From Bryobacterales bacterium (GTDB lineage Bacteria; Acidobacteriota; Terriglobia; Bryobacterales; UBA6623): 64,000 nt of DNA. Location: the NCBI GenBank assembly GCA_963422375.2, contig OY729428.2, positions 1,344,001 through 1,408,000 on the forward strand. The letters run 5' to 3'. The notes below the pieces were generated by a model, which was not told where the DNA came from, searched no databases, and was given only the letters and a program-made list of their open reading frames with translations. Of the stretch, positions 8,651 through 20,031 are shown one piece after another; positions within the stretch are counted from its first letter, which is position 1, and each line of letters opens with the position of its first letter. A program made the position numbers and the translations under genes.

Positions 8651-11239
8651 TCACCGACGCGTCTCGCGGGCTCGTCGCTCGAACACCGCCCGGGCCTCGT
8701 CGAACTGGCCGAGGACGTGCTCGCGCTCTGCCGCCGAGCGCCAGCCGGGGTGTTCCCGCGCTTGGCGGGCGATGTCGTCGATCCAGCGGACGAAGTAGCG
8801 AGCGTCCTCCGCGGACCGAATCGGCTCGTCGCCGCAGTAGACGTAGACCGGGCCGGTCTCCGCATACAGGTGCGTGTCGTCGATCGGGAACACGGGCCCG
8901 TCGGTCCTGGCGCGCAGGGTGTACCAGCCGCTCGCGTCTACCGCTACGCTCGCGCGCAGCGCCGCCGAGCGCCCGTCGGCGCCCAGCTCGATCTCGCGGA
9001 CGGGTTCCCCGTTCCGAACCAGCTCGAGCCGGTCCACCGGGAACGCGGACTCGAGCCGCGCCTCGACTTGGACCGCTCCCCCTCCGGGCGGCAGCCGGAT
9101 CTCGCCCCCCGGCAGCTCCCCGTCGAGGGCCAGCTGCACGAGCGGGCCGTTCGTGACGAAGGTCCGGCCGTCGCGGACCGCGTCGACCCAGCGGTCCCAC
9201 GCCAGTCGGTCCCCGAGGTAGGCGTACATCCGCGCCGCTCCGATCGCCGGCGTGCGGTGCAGCCCGGTGATGGAGTCCTCTCCTCCCGACGCGGTGACCC
9301 GGAAGCCGCAGTTCAGGGCGCGATGCCACACTCGCGCGGTGTTCCGGGCCTGTCGCGCGCTCGTCATCACCTCGAGGTAGGCCAGCTGGCCGAGCGCCAG
9401 GTCGACCGGGAAGCCGCGCGCTCCGCCGTAGCCCGCATCCGCGGGGTCGGTCGAGAACGGATGGACGTATCCTCCCAGCGCGCCCTGCTCCCGCGCCATT
9501 CGGAAGATGTCGGTGTTGCTGGGGTAGAGGCTATCGATCGCCGTGCCCTCGTATCCCGTGGTAAAAGGCGAGAGCAGGTGCCGCGTGAGGTTGATCAAGT
9601 TGATGTGACCGTAGAACGGCGGGCGGTATTCCTGCCCCCAGGCCAGGAGTCTCTCGGGGCCCGAACGGGCCCGGTCGAAGGCGCCGTCGTAGTACTGGTG
9701 GTCGAAGATGCGGTTGTCCTTGTTGGCGATCTTCTCGCCCACCACGTCGAGGCCCTCGGCGGCCGCCATGAACAGCAGGTTTTCTGGGGTGTTGCGGAGG
9801 TTTCCGCCGTAGTTCATATGCACGTGGTCGCTGCCGCTGTACCAGCCCCGCGCCCGCATGTCGGCGATGCGCTTGAGCGGTAGGCGGACCGAGGTCACCG
9901 CGCCCGGCTCGATCTCGGCGAAGGCCCCGGCGGGCTCGCGCTCGAAGCCCTTCGTTGCCAGAACGGCCACCCGCCCGGCAGGCACGTCGAGCGTGACCTC
10001 CCCGCTCGCGTGGAAGAAGTCGAGATGCATCGCGCGCGCCGCCACGCGCTGGTACGCGCGGGGCGGCGCGTAGGACTTGCCGTCCGCGGCTCGCAGGAAG
10101 ATCCGTGCCTCGGTGGGCCTCCCCGCTTCGGCGTCGGTGACGACGACACGCAGCGTGCCGTGGGGACGCAGGTACACTCGGCGGCGGATTTCGACGGCCC
10201 TGTCCTCGCCGCCGAACGTCTTCAGCAGGCGCAGGTCGGTGACGCCTCCCCGGTTCGAGACGTAGGCGATCCATTCCCCGTCGGGCGACCAGCGCGGGTC
10301 GAAGCGGTCCCATGCCCCGAACGTGAGCTGGTAGGGCTCGCCGCCCTCGACCGGGAGCACGTACAGGTTGCTGTACTGGCTTCCGCGATGCGAGCTGTAG
10401 ACGATGCGCGCGCCGTCGGGCGACCATTGCGGGCGCGTGCGGTAGAGCGTCTCCTCGCGCAGAATCCGCGCGGCCTTCGACATCGCGTCGGGGCCGGCCG
10501 GCGCCCGCCAGACGGCGCCCGAGCCCAGCGGGATGCCGCGGTTCGAGACGAAGATCATCTCCCGACCGTCGGGCGAGAGCGTGGGCTGGATGTGCAGGTC
10601 CTGGCTGCCGAAGTACAGGCGTGCGTTCGGGTAGGCGTTGTCCTCGGTCAGCCGGATGGGCTCGCCGGGCGAGCCGTCGCGCACGGGCAGCGCGTAGATG
10701 CTGAACCAGCCGTCGGGACGGGTGGAGACGAACAGGATCCGCTGCCCGCCGGGCGCCCAGACGGGATCGAGGTTGACGTGGCTGCCCTCCGTCAGAGCCG
10801 CGGTCTCGCCGCTGGCGATGTCGAGGAGCATCAGGTTGATCCCTTGGTACTGGTCGTCTGCGGTGTAGGCGATCCAGCGCCCGTCGGGCGACCAAGCGGG
10901 CGACGAATCGTACGTGGGCCCGGCGGTCAGCTGGTAGGCGACGTCCTCCCCGATGCGGATCTTCCAGATCGAGCCTGCCATGCTGAACGCGATCCATTCG
11001 CCGTCGGGGGAGAAGCACGGACGCCAGGGAGTGCTGGCCGCCGGCGGCAGGTGGTAGTTGTGCATGTAGTTGCCGCCCGTGCGGGCCTGCGGGTAGGCCG
11101 GCCGCAAGGGCTCGCCGCTGCGGTCGCCGAGAATCGCGTCGCGGATTTCCGCGGCAGTGACCGTCTGGCCGCCGAGCGGCGCTCCTGCCGCGAGCCACAA
11201 GGCCGCCCCGAGAAGAATCGATCTCCGTGGCCGCTTCAT
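8651..11239 (-). CDS. TolB/PD40 beta-propeller + CehA/McbA-like PHP metallohydrolase
   Basis: Signal peptide; repeated PAWSPDG motifs; GWYSGSDHVHM, GQEYR, GH, GYVHP, SGGED, GRTFVTNGP. Confidence 0.8.
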   Translation of the reverse strand: MKRPRRSILLGAALWLAAGAPLGGQTVTAAEIRDAILGDRSGEPLRPAYPQARTGGNYMHNYHLPPAASTPWRPCFSPDGEWIAFSMAGSIWKIRIGEDVAYQLTAGPTYDSSPAWSPDGRWIAYTADDQYQGINLMLLDIASGETAALTEGSHVNLDPVWAPGGQRILFVSTRPDGWFSIYALPVRDGSPGEPIRLTEDNAYPNARLYFGSQDLHIQPTLSPDGREMIFVSNRGIPLGSGAVWRAPAGPDAMSKAARILREETLYRTRPQWSPDGARIVYSSHRGSQYSNLYVLPVEGGEPYQLTFGAWDRFDPRWSPDGEWIAYVSNRGGVTDLRLLKTFGGEDRAVEIRRRVYLRPHGTLRVVVTDAEAGRPTEARIFLRAADGKSYAPPRAYQRVAARAMHLDFFHASGEVTLDVPAGRVAVLATKGFEREPAGAFAEIEPGAVTSVRLPLKRIADMRARGWYSGSDHVHMNYGGNLRNTPENLLFMAAAEGLDVVGEKIANKDNRIFDHQYYDGAFDRARSGPERLLAWGQEYRPPFYGHINLINLTRHLLSPFTTGYEGTAIDSLYPSNTDIFRMAREQGALGGYVHPFSTDPADAGYGGARGFPVDLALGQLAYLEVMTSARQARNTARVWHRALNCGFRVTASGGEDSITGLHRTPAIGAARMYAYLGDRLAWDRWVDAVRDGRTFVTNGPLVQLALDGELPGGEIRLPPGGGAVQVEARLESAFPVDRLELVRNGEPVREIELGADGRSAALRASVAVDASGWYTLRARTDGPVFPIDDTHLYAETGPVYVYCGDEPIRSAEDARYFVRWIDDIARQAREHPGWRSAAEREHVLGQFDEARAVFERRARETRR

Positions 11240-11343
11240 CCCTCTCACCGCCGTCTAGTTTCGTCTATCCGGCCCTCGCGTGGCGGCTAGGGCGCTGCGA
11301 CCTCGATGCCGCGCCCACGGGCGGCGCCGATACGACCGCCCGT

Positions 11344-13245
11344 CTAGAGCACCCGGCGCAGGTCGCCGTCCCGCAGGGTGACCTTCTGCCGGTCGAAGTG
11401 CTCCAGCAGGGGAATCGCGTATTTCCGGCTGACGCCCGCGAGCGTCTTGAACTCTCCGATGTTGATGCGCCTTCCGCGCAGGGTCGCTAGGCGCTCCCGC
11501 AGCGCCCCGATCGCGCTGCCGTGGAAGACGAGTTCGCGGCTTACGCGAACCAGCACGCCCTCGCGGAGCAGTGCCGCCAGGACGCGCTGCGCCCGCGGCG
11601 CGTCGACCGGAAGCGTCGGCAGGAACTCCTTGAGGGCCGGCACCTGCAGGCCGGCCCGCTCGAACGCTCCCACCAGGCGGTCTCGCGCCTCCTGCTCGTC
11701 CGCCTGCATCCGGATCCTGTGGCGCGCGGCGCGGACGAGCTCGCCGTCCATCGCGACCTGGCCCGCCTCGGCTAGGCGCTTCAGCAGGTCCTCCGCGAAG
11801 AAGTCCGGGGCGTCGCCCAGCTCGCCGCTGCGGATCGCCTCGACCGGAGCGCCTGCCAGCAGGGGATTGGCCTCGTGGAAGCTGGCGAGGGCGTGCATGA
11901 CGCGTTCCTCGGCCCGGCGCGTGCTCGAACGGGCGCAGATCCAGAGGGGTCTCTCGCGGAGTACGCGCACGGAGGGAGTCGCCCGCGCCGTGGCGAGCCA
12001 GGCCGGCTCGAGACGGCCCGTCATCGCGGTCAGCTCGCTTCCCGCGATGCCGTACGGGCGGCCTTCGCACAGCAGCGCCAGCGCTTCGCACCAGTCGCGC
12101 TTCAAAAGCACCTCCAGGAGCGGCCGCCAGGCGTCGTCGCGCCTGTGTCTCGGAGCCTGCGGCCGCAGCACCGTGCCCCCGGCGATGGTAATCAGCGGCG
12201 AGAACTGGCGCAGGATGAACGGCTCCCCGCAAACCGCGACGAGCGGATTGTGGAGACGCAGCTGCAGGAAGGTCTCGCTGCCCGGTTCCACGACGGACTG
12301 GCGACCGCTCGCGCCTAGGACGTAGGCGCGGCCCACCGTCTCCGAGGTCGCGAGGTGAACGTGGACCGGCGCGCCGTGCTTGAGGGGCTTGGCCGTGCCG
12401 AGCAGCTCGACGCGGGCGTCGAACTGCAGCGTGGGGGCCAGCTGGCCGGGCGTCGCGATGCACATGCCGCGGGCCAGATCGGACTTCGAGATCCCGCCGA
12501 CGTTCACCGCGGTGCGCTGGCCCGCCACCGCCTCGGGCACCTGCCGTCCGTGCACCTCGACGCTGCGGACGCGGGCCCGGCGGCCCTCCGGCAGGATCTC
12601 CACCGGATCCTCGACTCGCAGGCGGCCGCTGGTCAGCGTGCCGGTCACGACCGTCCCGAATCCCTTCATCGTGAAGACGCGGTCCACCGGCAGCCGGAGG
12701 AGGCCGTCGGCGCCGCGCGGCTCGACCGCCCGCGCGGCTCTGGCCAAGGCCCGGCGCAGTTCGGGCAGCCCGGCACCCGTGACGCTGCTTACCGGGACCG
12801 CCGGCGCCGTCGCGAGGAACGACCCGGCGACGTACTCATCGACCTCGAGCTTGACCAGCTCCAGGATTTCCTCGTCGACCAGGTCGGACTTGGTCAGGAC
12901 GATGACGCCGTGGCGGATGCCGAGCAGGCGGCAGATCTCGAAGTGCTCGCGCGTCTGCGGCATGACCGACTCGTCGGCCGCGATGACCAGCAGCACCACG
13001 TCGATCCCGCCCACGCCGGCCAGCATGTTCTTGACGAAGCGCTCGTGGCCGGGCACGTCGACGAATCCGAGCCGCAGGCCCGGCTCGAGTTCCAGGCTGG
13101 CGAACCCCAGATCGATGGTGATGCCGCGGCGCTTTTCCTCCTCCCAGCGGTCGGTGTCCGTGCCGGTAAGAGCGCGAACGAGCGATGTCTTGCCGTGATC
13201 GATGTGGCCGCTCGTGCCGATGACGACGTTGCGCCGGGACGCCAT
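11344..13245 (-). CDS. selB: Selenocysteine-specific translation elongation factor
   Basis: [30 protein letters not shown]-terminal [13 protein letters not shown] winged helix. Confidence 0.97.
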   Translation of the reverse strand: MASRRNVVIGTSGHIDHGKTSLVRALTGTDTDRWEEEKRRGITIDLGFASLELEPGLRLGFVDVPGHERFVKNMLAGVGGIDVVLLVIAADESVMPQTREHFEICRLLGIRHGVIVLTKSDLVDEEILELVKLEVDEYVAGSFLATAPAVPVSSVTGAGLPELRRALARAARAVEPRGADGLLRLPVDRVFTMKGFGTVVTGTLTSGRLRVEDPVEILPEGRRARVRSVEVHGRQVPEAVAGQRTAVNVGGISKSDLARGMCIATPGQLAPTLQFDARVELLGTAKPLKHGAPVHVHLATSETVGRAYVLGASGRQSVVEPGSETFLQLRLHNPLVAVCGEPFILRQFSPLITIAGGTVLRPQAPRHRRDDAWRPLLEVLLKRDWCEALALLCEGRPYGIAGSELTAMTGRLEPAWLATARATPSVRVLRERPLWICARSSTRRAEERVMHALASFHEANPLLAGAPVEAIRSGELGDAPDFFAEDLLKRLAEAGQVAMDGELVRAARHRIRMQADEQEARDRLVGAFERAGLQVPALKEFLPTLPVDAPRAQRVLAALLREGVLVRVSRELVFHGSAIGALRERLATLRGRRINIGEFKTLAGVSRKYAIPLLEHFDRQKVTLRDGDLRRVL

Positions 13246-13319
13246 GCGCGCGCTCGGTCCAACTGTACCCCGCGAGCCTCCGACCGCGCATTCGGCAGAA
13301 TGGAGGCGACCTCCTTGCC

Positions 13320-14903
13320 ATGCGGCCGCTTCTCTTGCTCCTCTCCGCGTCGCTCCTTGTCGCGGCCGCCCGGGCGCAGCCGGTGGCGATCGTCAACGAG
13401 CACGGCGGCGTGAGCGTCGAGGTCATCCCCGAGGCGTACGTCAGGGCGTCGCGGTCGGGGTCGCCGGAGTCGAGGGACGGTATCGCGACCAGCAGGTCGC
13501 CGGCGCAGCTCCTGTTCGAGGCCCTGCCCCCGGCGGAAGGGGAGTCCGCCGACATCGAAGTGCGCGTTCCCCTCGGCGTCCCGTATTCGGTCAGGACCCG
13601 GGACGGGGCGATCCGGCTGACCGGGATGGTGCGCCGGGTCAGGATCCAGACGGCTGGCGGGGCGATCAAGCTCGACGTTCCGCTCGAGGTCACCCGCCTG
13701 AACATCCAGACCATGCGCCGCCCGCCCAGCCTCGCGCTGCCCGCCGGGCGCAAGCTGACCTTCCTGGCAGAGACCATCCGCCCGCGCCTGCGGATCTGGA
13801 CGCTTTCGAACTTCCTCCGGTCTCGGGACTTGGCCTACGGAGTGATCGACGGCCGGCTGGATTCACCGGCCGCGATCAGCGTGCGCGACTGGGAGATACC
13901 CCGGTCCTGGCCGGTCAAGCCGCACACCCTCGCCTCTGGAGCCGTGGAGCGCTTGCTGGCAAGCGCCGCGCGCCGGAAGCGGGGCGGGCCGCAACCCGGG
14001 ACCACTCGCCCGACACGGGAAGCGGCAGCGCGTCCGAGCGGATCCGAGAGCGAGGCCCTGTTCACTTCCGAGGTCCGGATGGTCAGCATGAGCGTGGCCG
14101 TCGCCGACAGCGGGGGGCGTCCCCTGACGGGCTTGGCCCGAGAGGCCTTCGTCGTCGAGGAGGACGGACGGCGCCAGGACATCCGCGTGGTCGATCCGGA
14201 CGAATCGCCGTTCAATATGGCCATCCTGCTCGACCTCAGCGGCAGCACTTCCGTGGACTTGGAGCATATGCGCCAGGCGGCCGAGCGGCTCATCGCGATG
14301 GCCGGGCCGAGGGACCGCGTGGCGCTGTACGCGATGTCGGGTAGCATGTTCCGCCGGCTGTCCTCCCTCACCTCGGACCGCGACGCGTTGCTGGAGCGCT
14401 GCGAGAGGCTGCCGTATCCGACGGGAGGCTCGCCGATCTGGGATACCATCGCGCTGGTCTACGACGACGAGCTGGCCCTGCGGTCGGGCGAGCGGAACGC
14501 GGTGGTTGTGATCAGCGACGGAATCGACAACCGGATCAGCGGCCAGTCGGTGCCGTCCAACCTGCGGGCCCGGCGCCTGACGCAGGCGGCTGGAGAGATG
14601 GATGCGCGGATCTACCCGATCTTCCTGCTGTCCGGCGAGCGCTTCGGTCGCGGGTGGTCCGCGCGGGCGCGGACGCGCATGGAGGCGCTGGCCCAGAGGA
14701 CGGGCGGCCGGCTCTTCGCGGCGCGGTCGGTGGCGGATATCGAGCCCGTGCTGCCCGCCTTGGCGCGGGAAATGCGCAGCGTGTACGAGATCGCCTACTA
14801 TCCCGCGAATCAGGACTTCGACGGGACGTGGCGGCGCGTGCGCATCAAGGTGGAGCTGCCCGGAGCGCAGGTCCGGGCGCGTCCGGGTTATTTCGCGGAC
14901 TAG
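13320..14903 (+). CDS. Secreted VWA domain protein (Acidobacterial type) with N-terminal DUF4097-like beta region
   Basis: Signal peptide; ILLDLSGS MIDAS, ISDG, LAQRTGG, YEIAYYP..DGTWRRV..RARPGY. Confidence 0.85.
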   Translation: MRPLLLLLSASLLVAAARAQPVAIVNEHGGVSVEVIPEAYVRASRSGSPESRDGIATSRSPAQLLFEALPPAEGESADIEVRVPLGVPYSVRTRDGAIRLTGMVRRVRIQTAGGAIKLDVPLEVTRLNIQTMRRPPSLALPAGRKLTFLAETIRPRLRIWTLSNFLRSRDLAYGVIDGRLDSPAAISVRDWEIPRSWPVKPHTLASGAVERLLASAARRKRGGPQPGTTRPTREAAARPSGSESEALFTSEVRMVSMSVAVADSGGRPLTGLAREAFVVEEDGRRQDIRVVDPDESPFNMAILLDLSGSTSVDLEHMRQAAERLIAMAGPRDRVALYAMSGSMFRRLSSLTSDRDALLERCERLPYPTGGSPIWDTIALVYDDELALRSGERNAVVVISDGIDNRISGQSVPSNLRARRLTQAAGEMDARIYPIFLLSGERFGRGWSARARTRMEALAQRTGGRLFAARSVADIEPVLPALAREMRSVYEIAYYPANQDFDGTWRRVRIKVELPGAQVRARPGYFAD

Positions 14904-14988
14904 ATCCGATGCATCCCTGCGAGGCTGCCGCTCGCGGCCCCCACGCAACCGCCGCGAATTGCGCTTCGCTCGGATTCCGGCCCGGCGC

Positions 14989-15423
14989 TCAGCCTGCGTG
15001 CTCGTGCTGCGCCCGGAGGGCCCTCGAGAGTTCCGGGCTGGCGTACGAGAACGACTGGGGCGGCGCGAACCCGAACCGCTCTCGCAATTCGGGGAGACCG
15101 AGAGCGGGGTGCAGGCGCCTCGGGTCCGCCAGCCTGATCGCGACGCCTTGGTCCGTTCCCGCGAAGTAGGCGTCGAACCCGCTCCGGCCGACACGCGCCG
15201 CCCGGGAGAATCTCTCCCAGATCTCGGGAACCGGCGCCACGATCACTTCGGAGACGACCGCGCTTCCGACGACCGCCTTGACTGGCGAGGTCGCGTAGAA
15301 GTGGATCGCCGCGCTTCCCAGCGGCAGGCGCGGGAATCGCCTTCTGAGTTCCACTGTCTTCGCGCCCGAGAGAATCCATTCCGAGAACTCCGGATGGACG
15401 CTGAGGACGATCTCGCGGGCCAT
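14989..15423 (-). CDS. ASCH domain protein
   Basis: LSVHPEFSEWILSGAKTVELRRR, YATSPVKAVVG, PPQSFSY. Confidence 0.85.
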   Translation of the reverse strand: MAREIVLSVHPEFSEWILSGAKTVELRRRFPRLPLGSAAIHFYATSPVKAVVGSAVVSEVIVAPVPEIWERFSRAARVGRSGFDAYFAGTDQGVAIRLADPRRLHPALGLPELRERFGFAPPQSFSYASPELSRALRAQHEHAG

Positions 15424-15708
15424 GACGCGCCTGCTGTGGCCGGAGGCCTGCCGGCGCGCCCGGGCGCGTCGGGTCGCTGAAAGTCGGCCTCGCTTCGAGT
15501 CTAGCGTTCGAAGCGCGCCCGCGGCGGAAGTCGTCGTGGCAGAGCCCTCGCGTCGGTCCTGCCTGCGGGCAGCCCGCCTCCCGGTCCTCGCGTGCCTCGC
15601 CGGAACCTCGCCTTCGGCCAATTCCCGTGCTCCCGGCCGAGTCGTTCGCAGCTCCGGGCCCGCGCGCGGCGCCGGTATCGAGCCGCGGTCTGCTAGATTG
15701 GCCGAGCG

Positions 15709-16638
15709 ATGCACCTCAGCAGGCGCGACTTCATCCATGCCGGCCTCACCGCCGCGACAGCTGCGACGGCTCCGAACTGCCAGGCGGCGAAGCGGAAGTT
15801 CACGATGGCGTTCGTGCCCGGCAGCATCGGCATCGAGGCCGACCAAGGCCGCGCGATCGAACTGGCCGCTCGCCACGGTTTCGAGTCCGTGGAGCCCTTC
15901 GGCCCGCAGCTGCTCGCCGATGGCAGCGCTCGCCACGTGGATGCACTGCAGGCGAGCGGTCTCCGGTGGGCCGCGGCCCGCCTGACCGTCAGCCTCCGGG
16001 CCGACGAAGCCACCTACGCCTCCGGCCTCCGGGGGCTGCCCGCGGTCGCGGCGGCCCTGAAGCAAGCCGGCGTGGCGCGAGTGGGCACGGCCGTCTCCTC
16101 GTACAGCGATACGTTGAACTACCTGGACAACTTCAAGCTGCACACCCGCAGGCTGCAAGAGGTCGGCTCGGTACTGGACGACCATGGCCTGCGGCTAGGT
16201 CTGGAGTACTTGGGCACGAAGCGGCTCTGGACGGCGCGCCGGCACGCCTTCGTGCATTCGATGGCCGAATGCCGGCAGCTGATCGCAGCTGCGGGAAAGC
16301 CCAACATCGGTGTGGTCATCGACAGTTGGCACTGGTGGACCGCCCGCGAGACGATCGACGACATCACCGCGCTGTCGAACGACGACGTCGTGGCGGCCGA
16401 CCTGAACGACGCCCCGTCCGGGATCGAGCGCGAGGGCCAGTACGACAACCGGCGGGAGCTGCCGGGCGCGACCGGAATGATCGACGCGAAGGGATTCCTG
16501 AACGCCCTGGTGGACATCGGGTTCGACGGGCCCATCCGGGCCGAGCCGTTCAACCGGCGGCTGGACGAGATGGACGACGATCTCGCGAGCCAGACCACGG
16601 CGGCCGCCATGCGGAGGGCGTTCGCTCTGGCGGGGTAG
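15709..16638 (+). CDS. Sugar phosphate isomerase/epimerase (xylose isomerase-like TIM barrel), Tat-exported
   Basis: SRRDF Tat motif; LGLEYLG, DSWHW, LNDAP, RELPGATG, EPF. Confidence 0.85.
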   Translation: MHLSRRDFIHAGLTAATAATAPNCQAAKRKFTMAFVPGSIGIEADQGRAIELAARHGFESVEPFGPQLLADGSARHVDALQASGLRWAAARLTVSLRADEATYASGLRGLPAVAAALKQAGVARVGTAVSSYSDTLNYLDNFKLHTRRLQEVGSVLDDHGLRLGLEYLGTKRLWTARRHAFVHSMAECRQLIAAAGKPNIGVVIDSWHWWTARETIDDITALSNDDVVAADLNDAPSGIEREGQYDNRRELPGATGMIDAKGFLNALVDIGFDGPIRAEPFNRRLDEMDDDLASQTTAAAMRRAFALAG

Positions 16639-16781
16639 GGCAGCGCGAGAGCGTCCCGGGCGGGATGACTGACATCGGGGCCGGCCCGGACTGCGAAGTC
16701 ACGTCGGCGAGCCGGCTCGAGCGGCCGGCCCGGGACGCTAGCGGACGCCGGGAAGCGACCGGCACGATTCGTCCTTCAAGG

Positions 16782-16823
16782 CAGCGATTCTCAATTTGGG
16801 CATTTTGGGATTTCCAGAGTGTC
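16782..16823 (+). repeat. Orphan transposon left-end sequence (CAGCGATTC family)
   Basis: 39/42 nt identical to 36238-36279 and similar to 33341-33382. Confidence 0.75.
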
Positions 16824-17746
16824 CCGCTGCTGGATTCTCTGGAGGTTCCCGCGGATCGAGCGGACGATCTCGAGCGTGTTGGCGCCGGGCTGCCTGTAGA
16901 TCGGAATGTAGACCTGTCGCCGGCCGTTGATGCGGACGACGTTGGTCTGGATCTGGCTCGAGTCGCGGACCTCGGCCACGTCCCGCACGAGCACCGGCAC
17001 GCCGTCGCGCACCGCGGCCGGCATGGCGTTCAGCTCGTCCACGGCCGCAGGCATGGAGTTGGCCAGGATCTGGTAGTCCAGGTTGCCGGCCTTGAGGTTG
17101 CCTGCCGGGATGAATACGCTCTGCCGCTTGAGCGCCCGCACGACATCCATGGGCCCGAGACCGCGGGACTGCAGCCGCATGCGGTCCACGTACGCCAGGA
17201 TGCGTCGCAGCTTGCCGCCGTAGACCGCGGGCGCGATGACCCCCTGGATGGATTGCAGCCGGTTTCGCAGCTCGAAGTAGGCGATGTCGTAGAGCTCCTT
17301 CTCGTTCATCGCGGGGCTGGAGACGCTCACGAGGCAGAGCGGGACGGAGGCCGTGGGGTCGAACGGCATCACCATCGGCGGGATAGTGCCCGGCGGGAGA
17401 TAGAACATGTCGCTGACGGCGTACGAGGTGACTTGGCTCATGGCCGTCTCGAGACTGATGCCCCGCGGAAGAAATCCTTGACCACGCAGACGCCCAGCAT
17501 GGCCTTGGCCTCCTGGTGCTCGATCCCTGCCGACTGGCCGGTCCAGCGCTCGAGGCGGCTCGTGATGTCCCGCTCCATCACCTCGGGCGGCATGCCGGGA
17601 TAGAACGTCACGATCTGGACGGCCGGGGTCTCGAAGATCGGCAGCAGGTCCGCCGGCAGCCGCTGGAGCGAGGCGATGCCGAGCACCACCGTGGCCAGCG
17701 CCGCGACGCCGACGGCGTAGGGATTCCTCAAGGCGAATCGGATCAT
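16824..17746 (-). pseudogene. RND efflux permease (AcrB/CzcA-like), frameshifted and 3'-truncated
   Basis: MIRFALRNPY..YPGMPPEVME; LPPGTIPP; RQPGANTLEI; frameshift near 17465; ends abruptly at the transposon end. Confidence 0.85.
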
Positions 17747-18006
17747 GGACGACTCCCGCGAGCGGGGAACCCCGGCTCGGCCGTCCGGCGGGCTGGTCCT
17801 GGCCCGTCGCGGCGTCTCGGGCATCCAGCATACCCGCCGTCGCAGGGACGCGACAGCGTCCCTCCGGAACGCGTCCGAGCGGCCGCTCGCGCCGATCTCG
17901 ACAGCGCCGGTCGGCCGCGGGCGAATGCGGACGGGCGGGCGATGCCGCGCCCGTCCCGATGCCCCGCCGCGGCGAAATCGCGGTAGACTGCTCGCGGGAG
18001 GTCCGC

Positions 18007-19149
18007 ATGACGAGCGAGCGACAGTCGGGATTCTCGAGACGCAATCTGGTGCAGGCGGCGGCCGTCGTGCCGTTCGCCGCTATACGCGGGTCGGCTGCCA
18101 ACTCGAAGGTGCGCGTCGGGCTGCTAGGTGCAGGGGGCCGGGGCACGCGGCTGGCCGGCTTCGTCACGCAGGTCCCCCAAGCCGAGCTGGTCGCGATCTG
18201 CGACCTCTTCGACGAGCGCATCGAGCGGGTGAAGGGCTTGCTCCCCGACGCCAGCCCGAAGGCCTACAAGGACTTCCGCGCGATGCTCGCGAGCGATATC
18301 GACGCCGTGATCGTCGCAACACCGGTCTTCCTGCATCCCGAGCACCTCGAAGCGGCGGTGGCAGCAGGGAAGCACGTCTACCTTGAGAAGCCCGCGGGCG
18401 TCGACGTCGCCGGCTGCAAGCGCGTCATGAAGGCCGCCGACTCGGCGTCCCCGGGACTGAACGTGTCCATCGGCTTCCAGCAGCGCTACGGCTGGACCTA
18501 CGCGCGGGCCCGGCGCGTCTTGGACGCGGGTCTGATCGGTGCCGTCCGGCAAGCGGAGGCGCACTTCCTGAAGGGGCCGGTGACCGGCCGCGAGCCCGTC
18601 AGGCCGCGCCCCGTGACGATCATCGACAAGGTGCGCGAGTGGAAGCATTGGCGCGACCTCTACGGGGACATCATCGTCGAGACGTACTGCCACTCCATCG
18701 ATGTCCTCAACTGGTTCCTCGGCGACCGGCATCCGTTGCGAGCCGTCGCGGGCGGAGGGCGGACGATTCGCAGGGACGGCGACATGTCGGACCACGTGAC
18801 GGTCGCGTACGAATACCCCGACAGCATCCAGGCGACTCTCGTGGGGTCGCATATCACGCCGCCGTTCTTCCGCGAAGTTCACGAGCGGTTCTACGGGGCG
18901 GAAGGCGTGATCGAGACGGCCCGTCACTACTGGCAGCACTACCGCGATCGCGACGACGTGCTACGCGAGGAGCCCGAAAGGAACGTCGATCATGATTCGG
19001 TCGAGGCGTTCATCCTGCGGGTGGCGGAAGGCCGGGCGGAGAACGTCGGTATTCGGGGTGCCGAGAGCACCCTGACCGCGATCCTCGGTCGGATGGCCAT
19101 GGATCTCGGCCGGGCCGTCACTTGGGAAGAGATGATGCGGCCGGCGTGA
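18007..19149 (+). CDS. Gfo/Idh/MocA oxidoreductase, Tat-exported
   Basis: SRRNL; GLLGAGGRG; AGKHVYLEKP; CHSIDV. Confidence 0.9.
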   Translation: MTSERQSGFSRRNLVQAAAVVPFAAIRGSAANSKVRVGLLGAGGRGTRLAGFVTQVPQAELVAICDLFDERIERVKGLLPDASPKAYKDFRAMLASDIDAVIVATPVFLHPEHLEAAVAAGKHVYLEKPAGVDVAGCKRVMKAADSASPGLNVSIGFQQRYGWTYARARRVLDAGLIGAVRQAEAHFLKGPVTGREPVRPRPVTIIDKVREWKHWRDLYGDIIVETYCHSIDVLNWFLGDRHPLRAVAGGGRTIRRDGDMSDHVTVAYEYPDSIQATLVGSHITPPFFREVHERFYGAEGVIETARHYWQHYRDRDDVLREEPERNVDHDSVEAFILRVAEGRAENVGIRGAESTLTAILGRMAMDLGRAVTWEEMMRPA

Positions 19150-19169
19150 CGCGCGCCCGGGGCAACAGT

Positions 19170-19829
19170 ATGGGGCGGGCATGGCGACGCTTCGGCGCGG
19201 CGCTGCTGGTGGCGGCGCTGCCGGGCTGGGCCGCCCCCAACCGCCTCGCCGACGCGGAGCGCGCCGAGGGCTTCGTCCTGCTGTTTGACGGGGAGAGCTT
19301 GGTCGGGTGGGACGGCGATCCGCATCTCTGGACGGTCCGGGACGGAGCGATCGTCGGCTCGAGCGACGGCCGCGAGGTCAAGGCGAACACTTTTCTCGTC
19401 TACGAGACGCCGCACTCCGATTTCGTCCTGCGTCTCGAGGTTCGCTTGCGGAACGGAAACAGCGGGATCCAGTTTCGCAGCAGGCGCGTCTCGGGGCCCG
19501 GCTGGATCGTGCACGGATACCAAGCCGACTTGTCCGATGCCGGTGACCGTTCGGCCTGGGGCAACTTCTACGAGGAGAAGGGCCGCGGCCGCGGCTTGAT
19601 GGCGACGGCGGACGAGGGCTGGCGGCGGGCCCGGGGCGTGGTCCGGCACCGCGGCTGGAACAGCTACGAGATCCGCGCCGAGGGAGAGGGGGTGCGGCTC
19701 ACGCTCAACGGAACCGTCACCTTCGACGGCACCGACGACCGCTCCGCGAGGGGCGTCATCGCCATCCAGCTGCACTCCGGTCCCGCCATGCAGGTGGAGT
19801 GCCGCAGCATCCGGATCAAGCCCCTGTGA
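19170..19829 (+). CDS. DUF1080 (3-keto-disaccharide hydrolase-like) protein
   Basis: LFDGESLVGW, NSGIQFRS, GYQAD, GVIAIQLH, IRIKPL. Confidence 0.9.
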   Translation: MGRAWRRFGAALLVAALPGWAAPNRLADAERAEGFVLLFDGESLVGWDGDPHLWTVRDGAIVGSSDGREVKANTFLVYETPHSDFVLRLEVRLRNGNSGIQFRSRRVSGPGWIVHGYQADLSDAGDRSAWGNFYEEKGRGRGLMATADEGWRRARGVVRHRGWNSYEIRAEGEGVRLTLNGTVTFDGTDDRSARGVIAIQLHSGPAMQVECRSIRIKPL

Positions 19830-20031
19830 GAAGCGCCGGATTCGCGAGGTCCGCGGGCCGTCGGCGGCTGCGTCCTCGCGGCAACCCTTCGAACTCGAGC
19901 GCATCGACGCCGGGACCCGCGTTGGCCCCGGCGCGCTGACGGACTACCTCGCCTCGTCCGGAAGCGGGTCCCGGACCGATGCTTGCCGCGTAACTTCCTC
20001 CGTTTCAAGCTGCTATTCTGCGAGGCGATTC

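Noticed and set aside
14989..15423. ASCH gene as part of a defence or toxin-antitoxin system
   Set aside because: No adjacent GNAT, PIN or HTH partner gene
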